Source: a virus (Duplodnaviria; Caudoviricetes). Taken from it: 64,000 nt of DNA. Shown piece by piece: positions 36,369 to 47,800 of this stretch. Positions within the stretch are counted from its first letter, which is position 1. Every line of letters starts with the position of its first letter. The position numbers were made by a program, and so were the translations under genes. The notes beneath the pieces are model-generated. The model did not search any database and had not been told where the DNA came from. It was given only the letters and a program-made list of their open reading frames with translations. Where the stretch lies: positions 5,433 through 69,432 of IMG/VR virus record IMGVR_UViG_3300017911_002211, one strand, 5' to 3'.

Positions 36369-39014
36369 ATGGCTACTAATATTAAGCTGAAAAAGTCTGC
36401 TGTTGCAGGCAAAGTACCTTTATCAACAGATCTTGAATATGGTGAACTTGCCATCAACTATGCTGATGGTATTATATATTTTAAAAATTCTAGCAATACA
36501 GTTCAAAGCATAACCAGCACTCCTGCTGGTATTGATTCAGCAGCTACTATAGGCCTTATTGATTCAGCTTATGTACAAGCACGTCAAACAGATTTTGTAG
36601 AACTGACGGATCTAAGTGTCACAACAGCTGGTGTTGCATCCGGCGGTGGTTCACTTAATTATAATACCGCTACAGGTGCATTTACCTTTACTCCAGCTTC
36701 TATTCCAAGCGCACTTGATTCAGCAGCCACTATAGCCTTAATAGATTCCGCATATGTCCAAGCAAGAGAAGGCAGCGTTGCTGCTCCAGATGGCGTTGAT
36801 TCTGCAGCAACAATTGCTTTAATCGATTCAGCTTATGTTCAAGCGCGTCAAGCAGATCTTCAAAGAGACTCTGCTTTTATAAGAGGTGTGTTTTCTGCTT
36901 CAGGTGATTTGACTTATAATTCTAGTTCTGGTGAATTTAGCATTGATGTAGAATCGGTATATACAGCAGATAATTTTGATAGTGATTATATATTAGCAAA
37001 AGATTCTGCAAATACCGCAGTTGAAAGAAATAAACATGACGCAACTACTAAAAACTTTTCTGTAACAGTTGCTTCAAAAACCGCTGATCATGTTTACAAT
37101 GGTTCAGGTAGTGGAAGTGGTTATGTTATTGATGGAACTCAATCTCCGATAGTACAATTACAAATAGGAAGAACATATCGTTTTACTCTTAGTTCAAGTG
37201 ATATGTCTAGCCACCCATTTAGATTTTATTATGATGCAGCAAGAAATACACAATATACTACTAATGTAACAACTACATCTACATATGCTGAAATTGAAAT
37301 AACAGAATCCACGCCACCAGTATTACATTATCAATGTTCAGCTCATGGATATATGGGGCATGCTCTTGTAATTGGTACACGTAATTTAACTGGATTTACA
37401 ACTTCAGATTTATCTGAGGGTAGTAATCAATATTATACAGAAGCAAGAATAGAGAGTCAAGTTGATTCAGCATATGTTCAAGCTAGACAAACAACTACAA
37501 CTATAACTGATTCAAATGCTGTTATTGATATTGTAGATTCGGCTTATGTACAAGCAAGGCAGGTTGATCTTCAAAGAGATTCAGCTTTCGTTACTAATAT
37601 AGTAGATTCTTCATATATACAAAATCGTCAAATAAAATATACAAATGCAGATTTTGCTGATTCGTCTTTTGTTACAACACAAATTAACAATCTTATTGAT
37701 GGTGCACCTGGTACGTTAGATACTCTTAATGAAATAGCGGCTGCATTAAATGATGATGATTCTGCTTACAATACTTTAGTTGGACTTATAAACGCAAAAT
37801 CAGATTTGGATTCTACAGATGCAATTGCTTTAATTGATTCTGCTTATGTGCAAGCAAGAACAGTGGCAGGTACTGATTCATCAGCCACGCAAGCGATGAT
37901 CGATTCATCAATATCTTTTCAGGTTGACTCTGCTTATGTTCAAGCCAGACAAATAAACAATCCTTCTGGTGTTGATTCTGCTGCAACGATTGCTTTAATA
38001 GACTCTGCTTACGTACAAGCTCGACAAACAACTAGTGTATCTGGCGTAGATTCTGCTGCAACTCTTGCTTTAATAGATAGCAGTCATGTACAATCTAAGT
38101 TTAATACTCTTAGAGAAAGTGATAACACACTAATAGTATCTGGTAATATTATACCATCTGCTGATAGTTCATTTAGCCTTGGTACTTCAGATAAAAAATT
38201 CAAAGATATACATTTATCAGGCGGTACGGTCTTTATTGATAATCTTGCTTTATCTGCAGATTCAGCAACAAGAACAATTAGTATTGGTGAACTTGACAGT
38301 GCAGGTGTTGTAAATGTTATAGGTGTGGTTGCAACGGTAGATTCTGCTGGTGTTTCTGCTATTGTTGACTCAGCGTTTTTAGAAGCTAGGTTACAATCAT
38401 TTGTATCAGAAGCTGAATTAGCAGCATTTAATTATAGTACCTTTGATTCTACTAGCGCTACTAATTTAATTGATTCAGCTTATGTTCAGGCAAGACAAAC
38501 TTCAGGCGGTGGTGGAAGCGGATTAGACTCTACAAGTACAATCGCTTTAATAGATTCTGCTTATGTACAAGCAAGACAAACAGTTGGCATTACTGGTATT
38601 GATGTACAAGATCAAGGGTATACTCTTAGTACAAAAGCAACGGCATTAAATTTTACAGGTTCCATTGTAACAGCTGCAGGCGATGGTGGTACCACCAAAA
38701 CTATCACAATAAACGGACTAGATTCATCAAGTGTTACGGGTGTTGTAGATTCAAATTATGTTCAAGCAAGAGTTGATTCATCATTTGTTACTGGTATAAT
38801 TGATTCAGATTATATACAAGCTAGAGATAGAATTAGAGATTCAGCATTTGTAACAAACATAGTCGACCAAACATATATAAATAGCACATTAGGAGCAGAT
38901 TATGGAGGCATTGATGCAACTACTATTGTTGAATTGCTTTTAACATCTATAAATGTTAACTATGGAACACTAACATCTCCTGCAAGTTTAAAATCTAATT
39001 ATGGAACAATATAA
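36369..39014 (+). CDS. Tail fibre protein with many (I/V)DSAYVQARQ repeats
   Basis: About 14 DSxYVQAR-like units, APGTLDTLNEIAAALNDD fibre motif, internal LHYQCSAHGYMG globular insert. Confidence 0.75.
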   Translation: MATNIKLKKSAVAGKVPLSTDLEYGELAINYADGIIYFKNSSNTVQSITSTPAGIDSAATIGLIDSAYVQARQTDFVELTDLSVTTAGVASGGGSLNYNTATGAFTFTPASIPSALDSAATIALIDSAYVQAREGSVAAPDGVDSAATIALIDSAYVQARQADLQRDSAFIRGVFSASGDLTYNSSSGEFSIDVESVYTADNFDSDYILAKDSANTAVERNKHDATTKNFSVTVASKTADHVYNGSGSGSGYVIDGTQSPIVQLQIGRTYRFTLSSSDMSSHPFRFYYDAARNTQYTTNVTTTSTYAEIEITESTPPVLHYQCSAHGYMGHALVIGTRNLTGFTTSDLSEGSNQYYTEARIESQVDSAYVQARQTTTTITDSNAVIDIVDSAYVQARQVDLQRDSAFVTNIVDSSYIQNRQIKYTNADFADSSFVTTQINNLIDGAPGTLDTLNEIAAALNDDDSAYNTLVGLINAKSDLDSTDAIALIDSAYVQARTVAGTDSSATQAMIDSSISFQVDSAYVQARQINNPSGVDSAATIALIDSAYVQARQTTSVSGVDSAATLALIDSSHVQSKFNTLRESDNTLIVSGNIIPSADSSFSLGTSDKKFKDIHLSGGTVFIDNLALSADSATRTISIGELDSAGVVNVIGVVATVDSAGVSAIVDSAFLEARLQSFVSEAELAAFNYSTFDSTSATNLIDSAYVQARQTSGGGGSGLDSTSTIALIDSAYVQARQTVGITGIDVQDQGYTLSTKATALNFTGSIVTAAGDGGTTKTITINGLDSSSVTGVVDSNYVQARVDSSFVTGIIDSDYIQARDRIRDSAFVTNIVDQTYINSTLGADYGGIDATTIVELLLTSINVNYGTLTSPASLKSNYGTI

Positions 39015-41665
39015 ATAAGTTAGAGGATAATAGAATAATATGGCATTACAATTTAGACGAGGACTAGATTCAGATAGAGGTACCATCACGCCTTTAGCGG
39101 GTGAACCAGTATTTGTAACTGATACGAATAGATTATTCATAGGTGACGGCACATCCGCCGGCGGAAAGGACATTGTTACAGAAGCACTAGGAAGTGTAAA
39201 AGGGCACATAGTTCCAGAAACTGATAGTACCTATGACTTAGGTGATAGTTCCAAAAAATTTAGAGATTTATACTTAAGTGGTAACTCAATCTATTTAGGT
39301 AATAACTTAATACTTTCTAATGATGGTGGCACATTTACAGCAAAAGATTCCTCTAACACTACAATCGATATATCATTAGCTGCAAATACAACAGATGATC
39401 TTAGTGAAGGATCCTCTAATCTTTATTATACGACTGCAAGAGCCAATTCTGCCTTTGACGATAGATTAGCCACTAAGACTGCAGACAATTTAACAGAAGG
39501 CTCTACAAATCTTTATTATACAAACGCTCGAGTAGATAATAGAATTCCATCTGTTGTTGATAGTGCATATGTTCAAGCTCGACAAACTTCAAGTGATGGA
39601 AGCGGATTAGATTCATCTGAAACGATTGCTCTTATCGATTCAGCTTACGTACAAGCTAGACAAACATCAAGTGGTGGTGGAAATGATTCAGCGACTACGA
39701 TTGCTCTTATTGATTCAGACTATGTTCAAGCAAGACAGGACTTTGCATATGGTTCTTTAACAGGTACGCCTACAATTCCAACACTTGGTACAGACTTTAT
39801 TGACTCAGCTGAAGCAATCAAGCTGATTACAGCCAATGCAATTGACTCTAGTGTTGCTCTTCAGTTATTACTTGATTCAATTGAAACAATTGCGTTAATC
39901 GATTCTGCCTATGTTGCTGCTAGAGCTCCAGCTAGCACTGATTCTGCAGCTACACAGGCAATGATAGATTCTTCATTAGGCGCTCAAATTGATTCAGATT
40001 ATATTCAAGCTAGACAAACTACACCAATTCCATCATTTACAAAAATATCAATTTCTGGTCAAGGTGATGTTGTTGCGGATGACAGTGCTGCACTTCCAAA
40101 CTGGGCAAGTGGTACTCAACAAGCTAAATTAACAGCTTCTGATGGAGCTGCTGGAGATGCATTTGGTCATGGCGTATCTATATCAGAAGATGGTAATTAT
40201 GCAGTAGTAGGTGCTTATAATGATGATGATGGAGGTACTTACGCAGGAACCGCATTTGTTTATATAAGATCTGGTACAACTTGGACACAACAAGCAAAAA
40301 TACAAGCAAGTGATGCAGCTGGAAATGATTATTTTGGTAATTCTTGCGCCATTGATGCTGACGGTGATACAATTATAGTTGGTGCTAGAAAAGAAAACAG
40401 TAATGCAGGTGCAGCTTATGTATTTACAAGATCAGGTACGACTTGGACACAACAAGCAAAAATATCAGCAGTAGGCACATCTCCTGCATATTTTGGAAAA
40501 TCTGTTGCAATTGCTGATGATGGAGATACAGTAGCTATAGGTTGTGATGGAGGTGGAAGTCCTAGTAACTCTGGTCAAGTAGCAACGTTTACTCGATCAG
40601 GTTCAACATGGTCTCATCAACAAACTCTAACTGCATCTGATGCAGCAGCCAATGACTATTTTGGAAGACACGTAACTATATCTGGTGATGGTTTATATAT
40701 TTCATCAGGATCTATTGAAGATGATGGTGGAGGTGGTAGTGGTTCAGGATCTGCATACATATTTTTTTACAGCGGAAGTTCTTGGTCTCAACAAGCTAAA
40801 ATAGCAGCTTCTGATGGAGCATCAAACGATAAATTTGGTAGGTCAGTTTCTCTTGATCAAGACGGTGATACAATTATAGTTGGTGCTTATCAAGACCATT
40901 TAAATAGTAATAATAATGGTTCTGCATATATTTTTACAAGATCTGGAACTAGTTGGTCGCAGCAGGCTAAACTAACTGCTAGTGGCACACCTTCAAACGA
41001 TGATGAATTTGGTAACTCAGTTTCAATATCGAATGACGGAAACGTGGCAGTAAGTGTTGCTCGTAGGGAAGCAAATAGTGGAGCTGGTGATGGTACTGTG
41101 TATATTTTTACTAGAGATGATACAACATGGACTGAACAATTATCAATATTTGGAACTGAAAATGTTGGCGGTAATTTAGCGTTTGAACCACATGCTATGG
41201 ATATATCAGGTGATGGTCAAACCATAATTGCAGGTAATCATGGCGCTAGTAGTACTAAAGGTCACGCATTAGTATTTAATGCACCATTGAGTGTATTATT
41301 ATCAGATACTCTTACACTTGAAGCTGGTTCAAATGTTACTCTTACAAGCACACCAGGTACAGATACAATCGCAATTGCATCAAGTACAGATTCAACTGCT
41401 ACTCAAGCAATGATCGATTCCTCTATTGGATTTCAAGTTGATTCAGCTTATGTTCAAGCAAGACAATCTGGTGGTGAAATTACAATACAAGAAGAAGGAT
41501 CTTCGTTATCAACTGCGGCCACTACATTAAATTTTGTAGGTAGCTCTGTCACAGCTTCTGGAACTGGCACTACAAAAACAATTACAATTACTGGTGGCGG
41601 TGGAAATGATTCAGCGACTACAATAGCACTTATTGACTCATCTTACGTACAAGCAAGGCAAAATC
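36530..41665 (+). repeat. Dispersed in-frame repeat gattcagcttatgttcaagc(aaga)ca = DSAYVQARQ
   Basis: About 21 degenerate copies counted by hand across two genes, plus single copies near 22470 and 29500. Confidence 0.85.
39010..39017 (+). promoter_or_regulatory. Late promoter TATAAATA
   Basis: Exact consensus overlapping the stop codon of 36369..39014. Confidence 0.7.
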
Positions 41666-41979
41666 CTGGAATCACACAAGTCGATTCATCTCTTTCAAGT
41701 ACAGATTCTGCACAAATTATAGATTCCTTTGCGGCAGCTACATATAGAACAGTTAAGTACGTAGCTCAACTCACTGATTCTGGTAGATATCATTCTGAAG
41801 AAATTTTACTTTCACATGATGGTACCAATGTTGCTATGACGAGTTACGGTAAATTGTTATTAGATTCAGACTTAGGAACATTTGATGGCAGTATTTCAGG
41901 CGGTAACGTGAGACTCACATTAAGTCCAACTTATGGCAATACTTCAGTTAAGTTGAGAGCGATAAGAACTGAAGTATAG
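39040..41979 (+). CDS. Tail fibre with Mtd-like N-terminus, DSAYVQAR shaft and an FG-GAP beta-propeller
   Basis: MALQFRRG..GEPVFVTDTNRLFIGDG..GG; repeated KLTASD.A.GD.FG.SV.I..DG...VVGA FG-GAP units. Confidence 0.8.
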   Translation: MALQFRRGLDSDRGTITPLAGEPVFVTDTNRLFIGDGTSAGGKDIVTEALGSVKGHIVPETDSTYDLGDSSKKFRDLYLSGNSIYLGNNLILSNDGGTFTAKDSSNTTIDISLAANTTDDLSEGSSNLYYTTARANSAFDDRLATKTADNLTEGSTNLYYTNARVDNRIPSVVDSAYVQARQTSSDGSGLDSSETIALIDSAYVQARQTSSGGGNDSATTIALIDSDYVQARQDFAYGSLTGTPTIPTLGTDFIDSAEAIKLITANAIDSSVALQLLLDSIETIALIDSAYVAARAPASTDSAATQAMIDSSLGAQIDSDYIQARQTTPIPSFTKISISGQGDVVADDSAALPNWASGTQQAKLTASDGAAGDAFGHGVSISEDGNYAVVGAYNDDDGGTYAGTAFVYIRSGTTWTQQAKIQASDAAGNDYFGNSCAIDADGDTIIVGARKENSNAGAAYVFTRSGTTWTQQAKISAVGTSPAYFGKSVAIADDGDTVAIGCDGGGSPSNSGQVATFTRSGSTWSHQQTLTASDAAANDYFGRHVTISGDGLYISSGSIEDDGGGGSGSGSAYIFFYSGSSWSQQAKIAASDGASNDKFGRSVSLDQDGDTIIVGAYQDHLNSNNNGSAYIFTRSGTSWSQQAKLTASGTPSNDDEFGNSVSISNDGNVAVSVARREANSGAGDGTVYIFTRDDTTWTEQLSIFGTENVGGNLAFEPHAMDISGDGQTIIAGNHGASSTKGHALVFNAPLSVLLSDTLTLEAGSNVTLTSTPGTDTIAIASSTDSTATQAMIDSSIGFQVDSAYVQARQSGGEITIQEEGSSLSTAATTLNFVGSSVTASGTGTTKTITITGGGGNDSATTIALIDSSYVQARQNPGITQVDSSLSSTDSAQIIDSFAAATYRTVKYVAQLTDSGRYHSEEILLSHDGTNVAMTSYGKLLLDSDLGTFDGSISGGNVRLTLSPTYGNTSVKLRAIRTEV

Positions 41980-42003
41980 ATATCATTATAATATAAGGAG
42001 TAT

Positions 42004-42234
42004 ATGATGGAAAAACAAGATAATTCGAATATGGTTATAATCGACGATAAAGAATATAAGATTGAAGATTTTAATAAGGAGCAAACTTATCACATAACTC
42101 AAATCAGAGATTTACAAGCAAAAGCTGCTGATCTTCGTTTTAAGCTTGATCAGCTTACAACTGCTGAAAAGGCATTTACGAGTTTACTAGTAAAGTCTTT
42201 AACAACAGAAGAAGAGCCTAAAACTGAGGAATAA
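42004..42234 (+). CDS. Small coiled-coil protein, possible fibre chaperone
   Basis: IDDKEYKIEDF..EQ..QIRDLQ.K..L.F.LDQL; AAGGAG Shine-Dalgarno. Confidence 0.55.
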   Translation: MMEKQDNSNMVIIDDKEYKIEDFNKEQTYHITQIRDLQAKAADLRFKLDQLTTAEKAFTSLLVKSLTTEEEPKTEE

Positions 42235-42241
42235 TTAGTTA

Positions 42242-44803
42242 ATGCCAACTGCAGATAAAAAGAACTTTATTGTTGAAAAAGGTGTAGAACTTGAAGGTGG
42301 ATTTACACTTAATAATGTTTCCGTAACAAATCTTATCGATTCAGCTGGTGCTACTACGATATTAACTGATTCGACTAATGCTGCAACAATTATAAATTCA
42401 GTTGGAAATTATGTAAAAGGTTATGATTCAAGTGATCTTCTTCCTCTTTCAAATAACACTACTGGTGAACTTAATTACGTAAAAGAAACGAATCGTTTAT
42501 ATCTTTGGAATGGAAGTGGCTGGTATAACATTGCAATAGTTAACAACACTCCTACTATGACAACGACTCCAGATTCAAGCTATACTATGGATTCGGTTGG
42601 TGCTTCACTTACAATTACATTAGTAGCTACAGATTCTGAAGGTTTACCAATAACCTATTCTGCAACTTCAGATTCATCAAGCACCTTTGTGACAATCACG
42701 CAAGACTCAGGCGTATTTACGATTACACCATTAACTCAAGCACAACTTGATTCTAACGGAGTTAGTGAAGGTGGAACGTTCTCAATAAACTTTAAAGCAT
42801 CAGATGGTGTTAATATTGTTCCTAACGTAACTAATTTTACTTTAACAATCACCGCTCAGCCAGTAACAAACAGTAAATACACTTCAGCTTTAGTAACTGC
42901 AACAGGCACATCTGATAATAGTGATATTAGTGATGCATCATCTAATAATATTAGCTTAACAAAGCCTGATGATCTTAGAAATTCAAGTTTTAGTCCTTAT
43001 AGGCACGGTGGATACAGCTGGTATGGATCTGCGAGCGGTGCATATTCAACTGCCACTGTTGGCACAATAGGTACTAATGAATTTACGATTGAATGTTGGG
43101 TGTACTGGCCAACGGTAAGTGGACCGGAAGGCGTTTTTGAAATTAATACTTCATTAGCACCTAGTAGTCAAACGAACACTATAAGTGTGTTCACTCGTAG
43201 TTCAACTTATAGTTACAATTGGGCATTTGCAACTAACGGCACTCAAGTAAACTCAAGCACAGCACCAACAGCAAACACCTGGCATCACGTTGCGCTTGTA
43301 AGAAATTCGAGTAATTTAATAACGCTGTATATTGATGGTACTTCATTAATAACTCGTACCGATTCAACAAATATAAGTGCCACTACTTTAGCAATAGGAA
43401 GATATTATAATACGACATTTAACGTAAACGGATATATTCATGACTTTAGAATAGTAAACGGTACTGCTGTTTACACATCAAATTTTACGCCACCGACAGA
43501 AAAATTAACAGCTGTTACAAATACTGATTTATTAGCTTATCGTAATGGTACATTCATGGACGAGTCAACAAATTCTCGTTTTATATTTCAAGGAATAGGC
43601 GTAGAAGCTCAGCCGTTTACGCCATACGATAATGTACCGTATGAAGTTGCTGATCATGGAGGATCGATCTACTTCGATGGTGGTGCTGAGTATATTACCC
43701 CTGCGTCGCTAGGAAATTCATCAGTTACAGATTTTACAATATCCTTTTGGATGTATCCAGAAAGTCTTGCTATTAACACAAGCCTTTATCCACGAGTGTT
43801 GACAATCGGTGGCCCTGGAGATGACTCAGATAACTTTATTGTTTATGTAGATACTAGTTATCAAATTAAATTATACACTGGTAGTGCTGTAAGAATTGAA
43901 AGCGGATCTGGATCGAGTGGAGTTTTAAGACCAAACAATTGGCATCATGTTGTAATAAAAAGAAACTCAGGCACTTGGCGAATGATAGTCAATGGTGTTT
44001 CGCAAGGAACATACACTCAGTCAGCTGGAATAGATTTTACAAGTGGTATGAACATAGGAAAAAATACTACGGCGGCTGGTTATTATACAGGGAATATTTC
44101 AGATTTTAAAATAGAGTTTAGTTCTACCAGTTCCAGCACGGCAACCGTTCCAACGTCTCCATACTCTTCGACAGGAACTGAACTACACCTTAAAGGTACA
44201 GACGCTTCCGTTGTTGATAAGGCACAAAAAAATAATACTATACTTAACGGTAATACAACTGGATCAACGACTCAAGCTAAGTTTTCAGCTAAATCAATGT
44301 ATTTTGATGGTACTGATGATTATGTTTCAATGAGTAATTTTGAATCTTTACCTGGTGATTTTACAATAGAGGCGTGGATTTATATGACTTCTGTTTCAGC
44401 TGAAGGAATCGTGTGTAGAGGGCGTAATTCAGCAGGAGGTCACTTATGGTATGTTGAAAATAGTAGATTGAAATTTAGAGCTTACAATGGTTCAGGTAGT
44501 AATCAGGGAGATATTCAGGCCGCCACCGCTTTAAGTGCAAATACTTGGAACCATGTTGCGATAACGAGATCTGGAAGCACACTACGTTTCTTTATAAATG
44601 GAACTTTAGATGCTACTACTGGGACATTATCGCCTACTAATGGACCTATGAATAGCACAGATGATATGGAAATTGGAGGATATACTTATAACGGTAGTCA
44701 CCTTTTGCCGTTTAGTGGTTATATGCAAGATGTTAGAATCACAAAGGGATTAGCTCGTTATACAGCAAGTTTTACTGTGCCTAGTGCATCACTAGAAGGA
44801 TAA
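42242..44803 (+). CDS. Receptor-binding/adhesin protein with three LamG (concanavalin A-like) domains
   Basis: Three FTIExW ... WHHVA.VR ... GYI.DFRI units after a shared N-terminal adaptor. Confidence 0.85.
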   Translation: MPTADKKNFIVEKGVELEGGFTLNNVSVTNLIDSAGATTILTDSTNAATIINSVGNYVKGYDSSDLLPLSNNTTGELNYVKETNRLYLWNGSGWYNIAIVNNTPTMTTTPDSSYTMDSVGASLTITLVATDSEGLPITYSATSDSSSTFVTITQDSGVFTITPLTQAQLDSNGVSEGGTFSINFKASDGVNIVPNVTNFTLTITAQPVTNSKYTSALVTATGTSDNSDISDASSNNISLTKPDDLRNSSFSPYRHGGYSWYGSASGAYSTATVGTIGTNEFTIECWVYWPTVSGPEGVFEINTSLAPSSQTNTISVFTRSSTYSYNWAFATNGTQVNSSTAPTANTWHHVALVRNSSNLITLYIDGTSLITRTDSTNISATTLAIGRYYNTTFNVNGYIHDFRIVNGTAVYTSNFTPPTEKLTAVTNTDLLAYRNGTFMDESTNSRFIFQGIGVEAQPFTPYDNVPYEVADHGGSIYFDGGAEYITPASLGNSSVTDFTISFWMYPESLAINTSLYPRVLTIGGPGDDSDNFIVYVDTSYQIKLYTGSAVRIESGSGSSGVLRPNNWHHVVIKRNSGTWRMIVNGVSQGTYTQSAGIDFTSGMNIGKNTTAAGYYTGNISDFKIEFSSTSSSTATVPTSPYSSTGTELHLKGTDASVVDKAQKNNTILNGNTTGSTTQAKFSAKSMYFDGTDDYVSMSNFESLPGDFTIEAWIYMTSVSAEGIVCRGRNSAGGHLWYVENSRLKFRAYNGSGSNQGDIQAATALSANTWNHVAITRSGSTLRFFINGTLDATTGTLSPTNGPMNSTDDMEIGGYTYNGSHLLPFSGYMQDVRITKGLARYTASFTVPSASLEG

Positions 44804-44833
44804 ATAGTAGGATTAATAAGGATTTAAAAATTA

Positions 44834-47800
44834 ATGCCAACTGCAGATAAAAAGAACTTTATATTAAGCAATGGATTAGAAGCTGAACAATCGATAAAGC
44901 TTGGCGGAACAACTCATACGTCTTTGCTAGACTCTTCTGCCGTCGTTAGTGTAGCTTCAGAATCTTCTACTGCAAAAAGTATTAGTAAAACTGGTGGCTT
45001 ACTGTGTAAAAATTATGATTCAGCAGATCTTCTTCCTACAAGCGGTGTTGACTCTGGAGAATTTGGATTCGTAACATCCACTGATCGCTTATACATTTGG
45101 AACGGAAGTGGCTGGTATAATATCGCTTTGGTTAATACTACACCAACTTTATCGACCACTCCAGATTCAAATTATTCTATGGACTCGGTTGGTGCTTCTT
45201 TATCTATTACAATTTTAGCTGCTGATCCAGAAGAAGTACCAATAACTTATACTGCAACTTCAGATTCGTCAAGCTCTTTTGTTAATATCACACAAGACTC
45301 AGGCGTATTTACTATCACGCCATTAACTCAAGCTCAGTTAGACTCTAACGGTGTCGGTACAGGTGGAACTTTCTCGATTACTTTTAAAGCGTCAGATGGA
45401 GTTAACATAGCACCGGCAGTAAGTAATTTTACTTTGACAATAGCATTTCCTTTTGGAATATATGACTGGACTCAAGGATCGCAACAAGCAAAAATAAAGG
45501 CAACAAGCGGAGCAGCTAATGAATATTATGGATGGGATGTTGCCATCGATAAGGATGCAAATACAGCAATTGCTTCTGTTCCATATGGTAATACTACCGT
45601 TGCTGGCCAAGGAGAGGTATTTGTATATACACTAGGATCTGCTTACGATTGGAACAATAATAGTATTTCTTCTAGCAACCAAAATTATAGTCAGTATGGT
45701 GCGATGGATGAAATAGGAGTATTTGATTTCTCAAGCGATGGAAACCACGTATTTATTTACGGTCGAGCTGGATCTAATCCAGATCATGTATATAGATATC
45801 CTTTATCAACTGCATATGATGTAACAACAACTTCTAATTCAAATGTTCAAAATATAGATGTTTCTGGTCAGTCCATAGATGGTACTGGTAGCGCCGCTGC
45901 AACAGATGGATACGCAATGAAAATCGGTAAAAATGGAACTCGATTATATATTGTAGATCATGGAGATAATGTTTTTCAATGGGATTTATCAACAGCAAAT
46001 GATTTAACTTCAGCATCATACGGTACATCTTTCGATGTATCTACCCAAGCAACTGATCCATCTGGAATAGAATTTAATTCCGATGGAACAAAGATGTACG
46101 TTGGAGACGAGCAAGATAGAACAATATATGAATATAATTTATCTACCGCATGGGAAGTAAACACTGCAACTTACAGTCAAAGTAGATCTTTTGCAACAGC
46201 TGGCTCCGGTGGAGATCAAGCGTCTAACACCAATTTAGTTACTACACAAAGAGGGATTGCTTTCAATAATGATGGAACAAGAATATACATTGTATGTAAT
46301 GCAAATAATGTAGTATATAGATTTGATCTATCAACTGCTTATGATATTACAACAGCGGTCTATAATAAATGGAATGGATCAACTCTTATTGGTTATGTGG
46401 CTCTTGGTAGCAACAACTATTTTGATTTAAAATGGAATCCTGACGGAAGTAAAATGTACGTAGGTGTACCTTCGGATGATAGAATAAGACAATACGGCAC
46501 TCCTGCTCAGTGGAGTGAACAACAAATATTAAATTTAAATTCTACTAGCAACTCGTACTTCGGTTGGTCAGCTGACATCGCGAGTGATGGCGATACTATA
46601 GTGGCTGGTGCAGTGTCAGATAACGCAGGCAGTGGAGGCAGACTAGGCGTATTCAATAGAGATAGTGCCGGCGGAACTTGGACACTTGATAGCTCATTAT
46701 CAGCATCAGATGCCGCGGATGGAGACTTTCTCGGAGAAGGATGCGCAATCTCTGGAGATGGAAACACAATAATAGGTGGTGCGGCTAGAAAAGGATCAGG
46801 CACGACTAGAGGAGCAGCATATATTTTCACAAAAGGGATTACTAAGTATGATTTAGGAAGTTATGGGCTTACTCAGACTTCATCAGCTCTCACTGAAGAT
46901 GCTAGCCCTCAGGGAATCTTATTTAATGCCGATGGCACAAAGATGTATACTGCAGGCGACAATAACGACACTGTTTATCAATATTCATTATCTACCGCAT
47001 ACGATCTTTCAACTATATCATATGACAATGTATCTTTAGATATTTCGGGTGGAAGCTTATACGCTGAAACAAATAATGTTTGGGGAATAAGGTGGAACGA
47101 TGATGGAACTAAGTTGTTCGCTATATGTCGTGATAGAGATGATATAGTCGCATATGATTTAACCACGCCTTATGACTTAAGTACTGGATCCTACAATAAT
47201 GAAGTATTTGATATTAGTGGTCAAGACGGCAGTGGTGCAGGTTTTTCTTTTAAACCAGATGGCACAAAGATGTATATGGTTGGTTATGTAAACGATAAGG
47301 TCTTTCAGTATTCGTTATCTACAGCTTATGACGTTTCGACTGCATCATACGATAGTGCATCTTTTAGCGTAGCTTCTCAGGATACAACTCCACAAGATGT
47401 TGTTTTTAACCCTGATGGAAATAAAATGTTTATTCTTGGAGACACTAATAACGCAATTTATCAATATTCTCTATCAACAGCATGGGACATAACCACTGCA
47501 TCATACGATAACACATCAAAGTCAATTGTTGAATCTAGCCCTAGGCAGATGGTTTTTGGTCCTAATGGAGATAACTTTTTTACAATAGGACGAGGTAGCG
47601 ATAAAGTTAGAAAATATAGTACTGGAGGTTGGAATCAACAAGCAAAAATAACACCAGCAACAGCAGCAGTCGGTTCTGGTAGTGCAGATTTTGGTAAAGC
47701 GGTAACTATCACGAATGACGGTAATGCTGTCGCAATTGGCGCACCAGGAAATTCAATTGCAAGTGGTAGCATTCAAGGTCACGTTGAAGTTTATACAAGA

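Noticed and set aside
36530-41665. CRISPR-like array from the recurring gattcagcttatgttcaagc sequence
   Set aside because: Copies are degenerate, irregularly spaced and always in the coding frame; they reflect a protein repeat; no cas genes
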